From assembly GCA_000388065.2 (NCBI GenBank), contig KB932211.1: a stretch of 6,324 nucleotides of DNA. One strand, written 5' to 3'. The DNA comes from Fonticula alba ATCC 38817 (Eukaryota; Protista; Nucleariida). Of the stretch, positions 5,971-6,324 are shown piece by piece (positions within the stretch are counted from its first letter, which is position 1; every line of letters starts with the position of its first letter). The position numbers were made by a program, and so were the translations under genes. A model generated the notes under the pieces. The model saw only the letters and a program-made list of their open reading frames with translations. It did not search any database and was not told the origin of the DNA.

Positions 5971-6324
5971 TGCGCTTTTGTTAGTGGGTGCGCCCCTGCA
6001 CGTGTGCATCCACGCACGCGTGTCCATCCATGTGCATGTGCGCGCGGTCTAGCGTGCTTCTCCGTAGCTTGACGCTTGCATATGTCGTGGCCGTCCCTTT
6101 GTGAGAGCCGCCGTGGCGAGGCCACGCTTGGGAAGGCCACGTTTTGGATGAACCCCCGGGGAGCCTGCCACCGAGGCCACGGCGGGTGCGGCCGGCCTCG
6201 GCTCCTTTTCAGCTCCCGGGCGCAGGGGAGGGCGGCGACTTGGCTGTGCGGGTCTCCGGCATGCATGCCGCAAGCCGACGAGGTGCCTGTGGATCTTACC
6301 TGCGCCCGTGTGGCTATGGCCTTG
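5216..6324 (+). repeat. Right copy of the 1109-bp exact direct repeat
   Basis: Begins GTGCCCCTGGACC like position 1 and ends GCTATGGCCTTG like position 1109, exactly at the window end. Confidence 0.97.
5882..5970 (+). repeat. Compound microsatellite, second copy: (GT)10 at 5882-5901 then (CGTGCT)10 at 5911-5970
   Basis: Direct read; identical to 667-755. Confidence 0.97.

Noticed and set aside
1-6324. LTR retrotransposon reading of the 1109-bp terminal repeats
   Set aside because: The repeats lack TG...CA ends, start inside the kinase CDS, and enclose no gag, RT or integrase sequence. No PBS or polypurine tract was seen at the expected positions.

Overview
GC-rich (roughly 70% by eye) eukaryotic genomic DNA made of two contigs joined by a 10-N gap (2289-2298). 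The main feature is an uninterrupted + strand reading frame (2300-5503, 1067 aa, 5'-truncated by the gap). It encodes a single-pass receptor-like kinase: 15 furin-like CxxCxxxCxxC Cys-rich repeats, one transmembrane helix with an RRRR stop-transfer, and a TKL-type Ser/Thr kinase with a non-RD catalytic loop (HCDLKPGN). The first 1109 bases of the window are identical to the last 1109 (1-1109 = 5216-6324), including homopolymer and microsatellite lengths. The simplest reading is an assembly overlap or collapsed tandem array; a true tandem duplication or circle is not excluded. The 1110-2288 segment holds two weak, convergent coding-like stretches, a T16 tract and a (CA)n tract at the contig break. 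The composition and protein architecture recall the expanded Cys-rich TKL receptor family of the amoeboid holomycotan Fonticula alba; this is recall-based inference, not a search result. No RNA genes, CRISPR arrays or recognisable mobile elements were seen.
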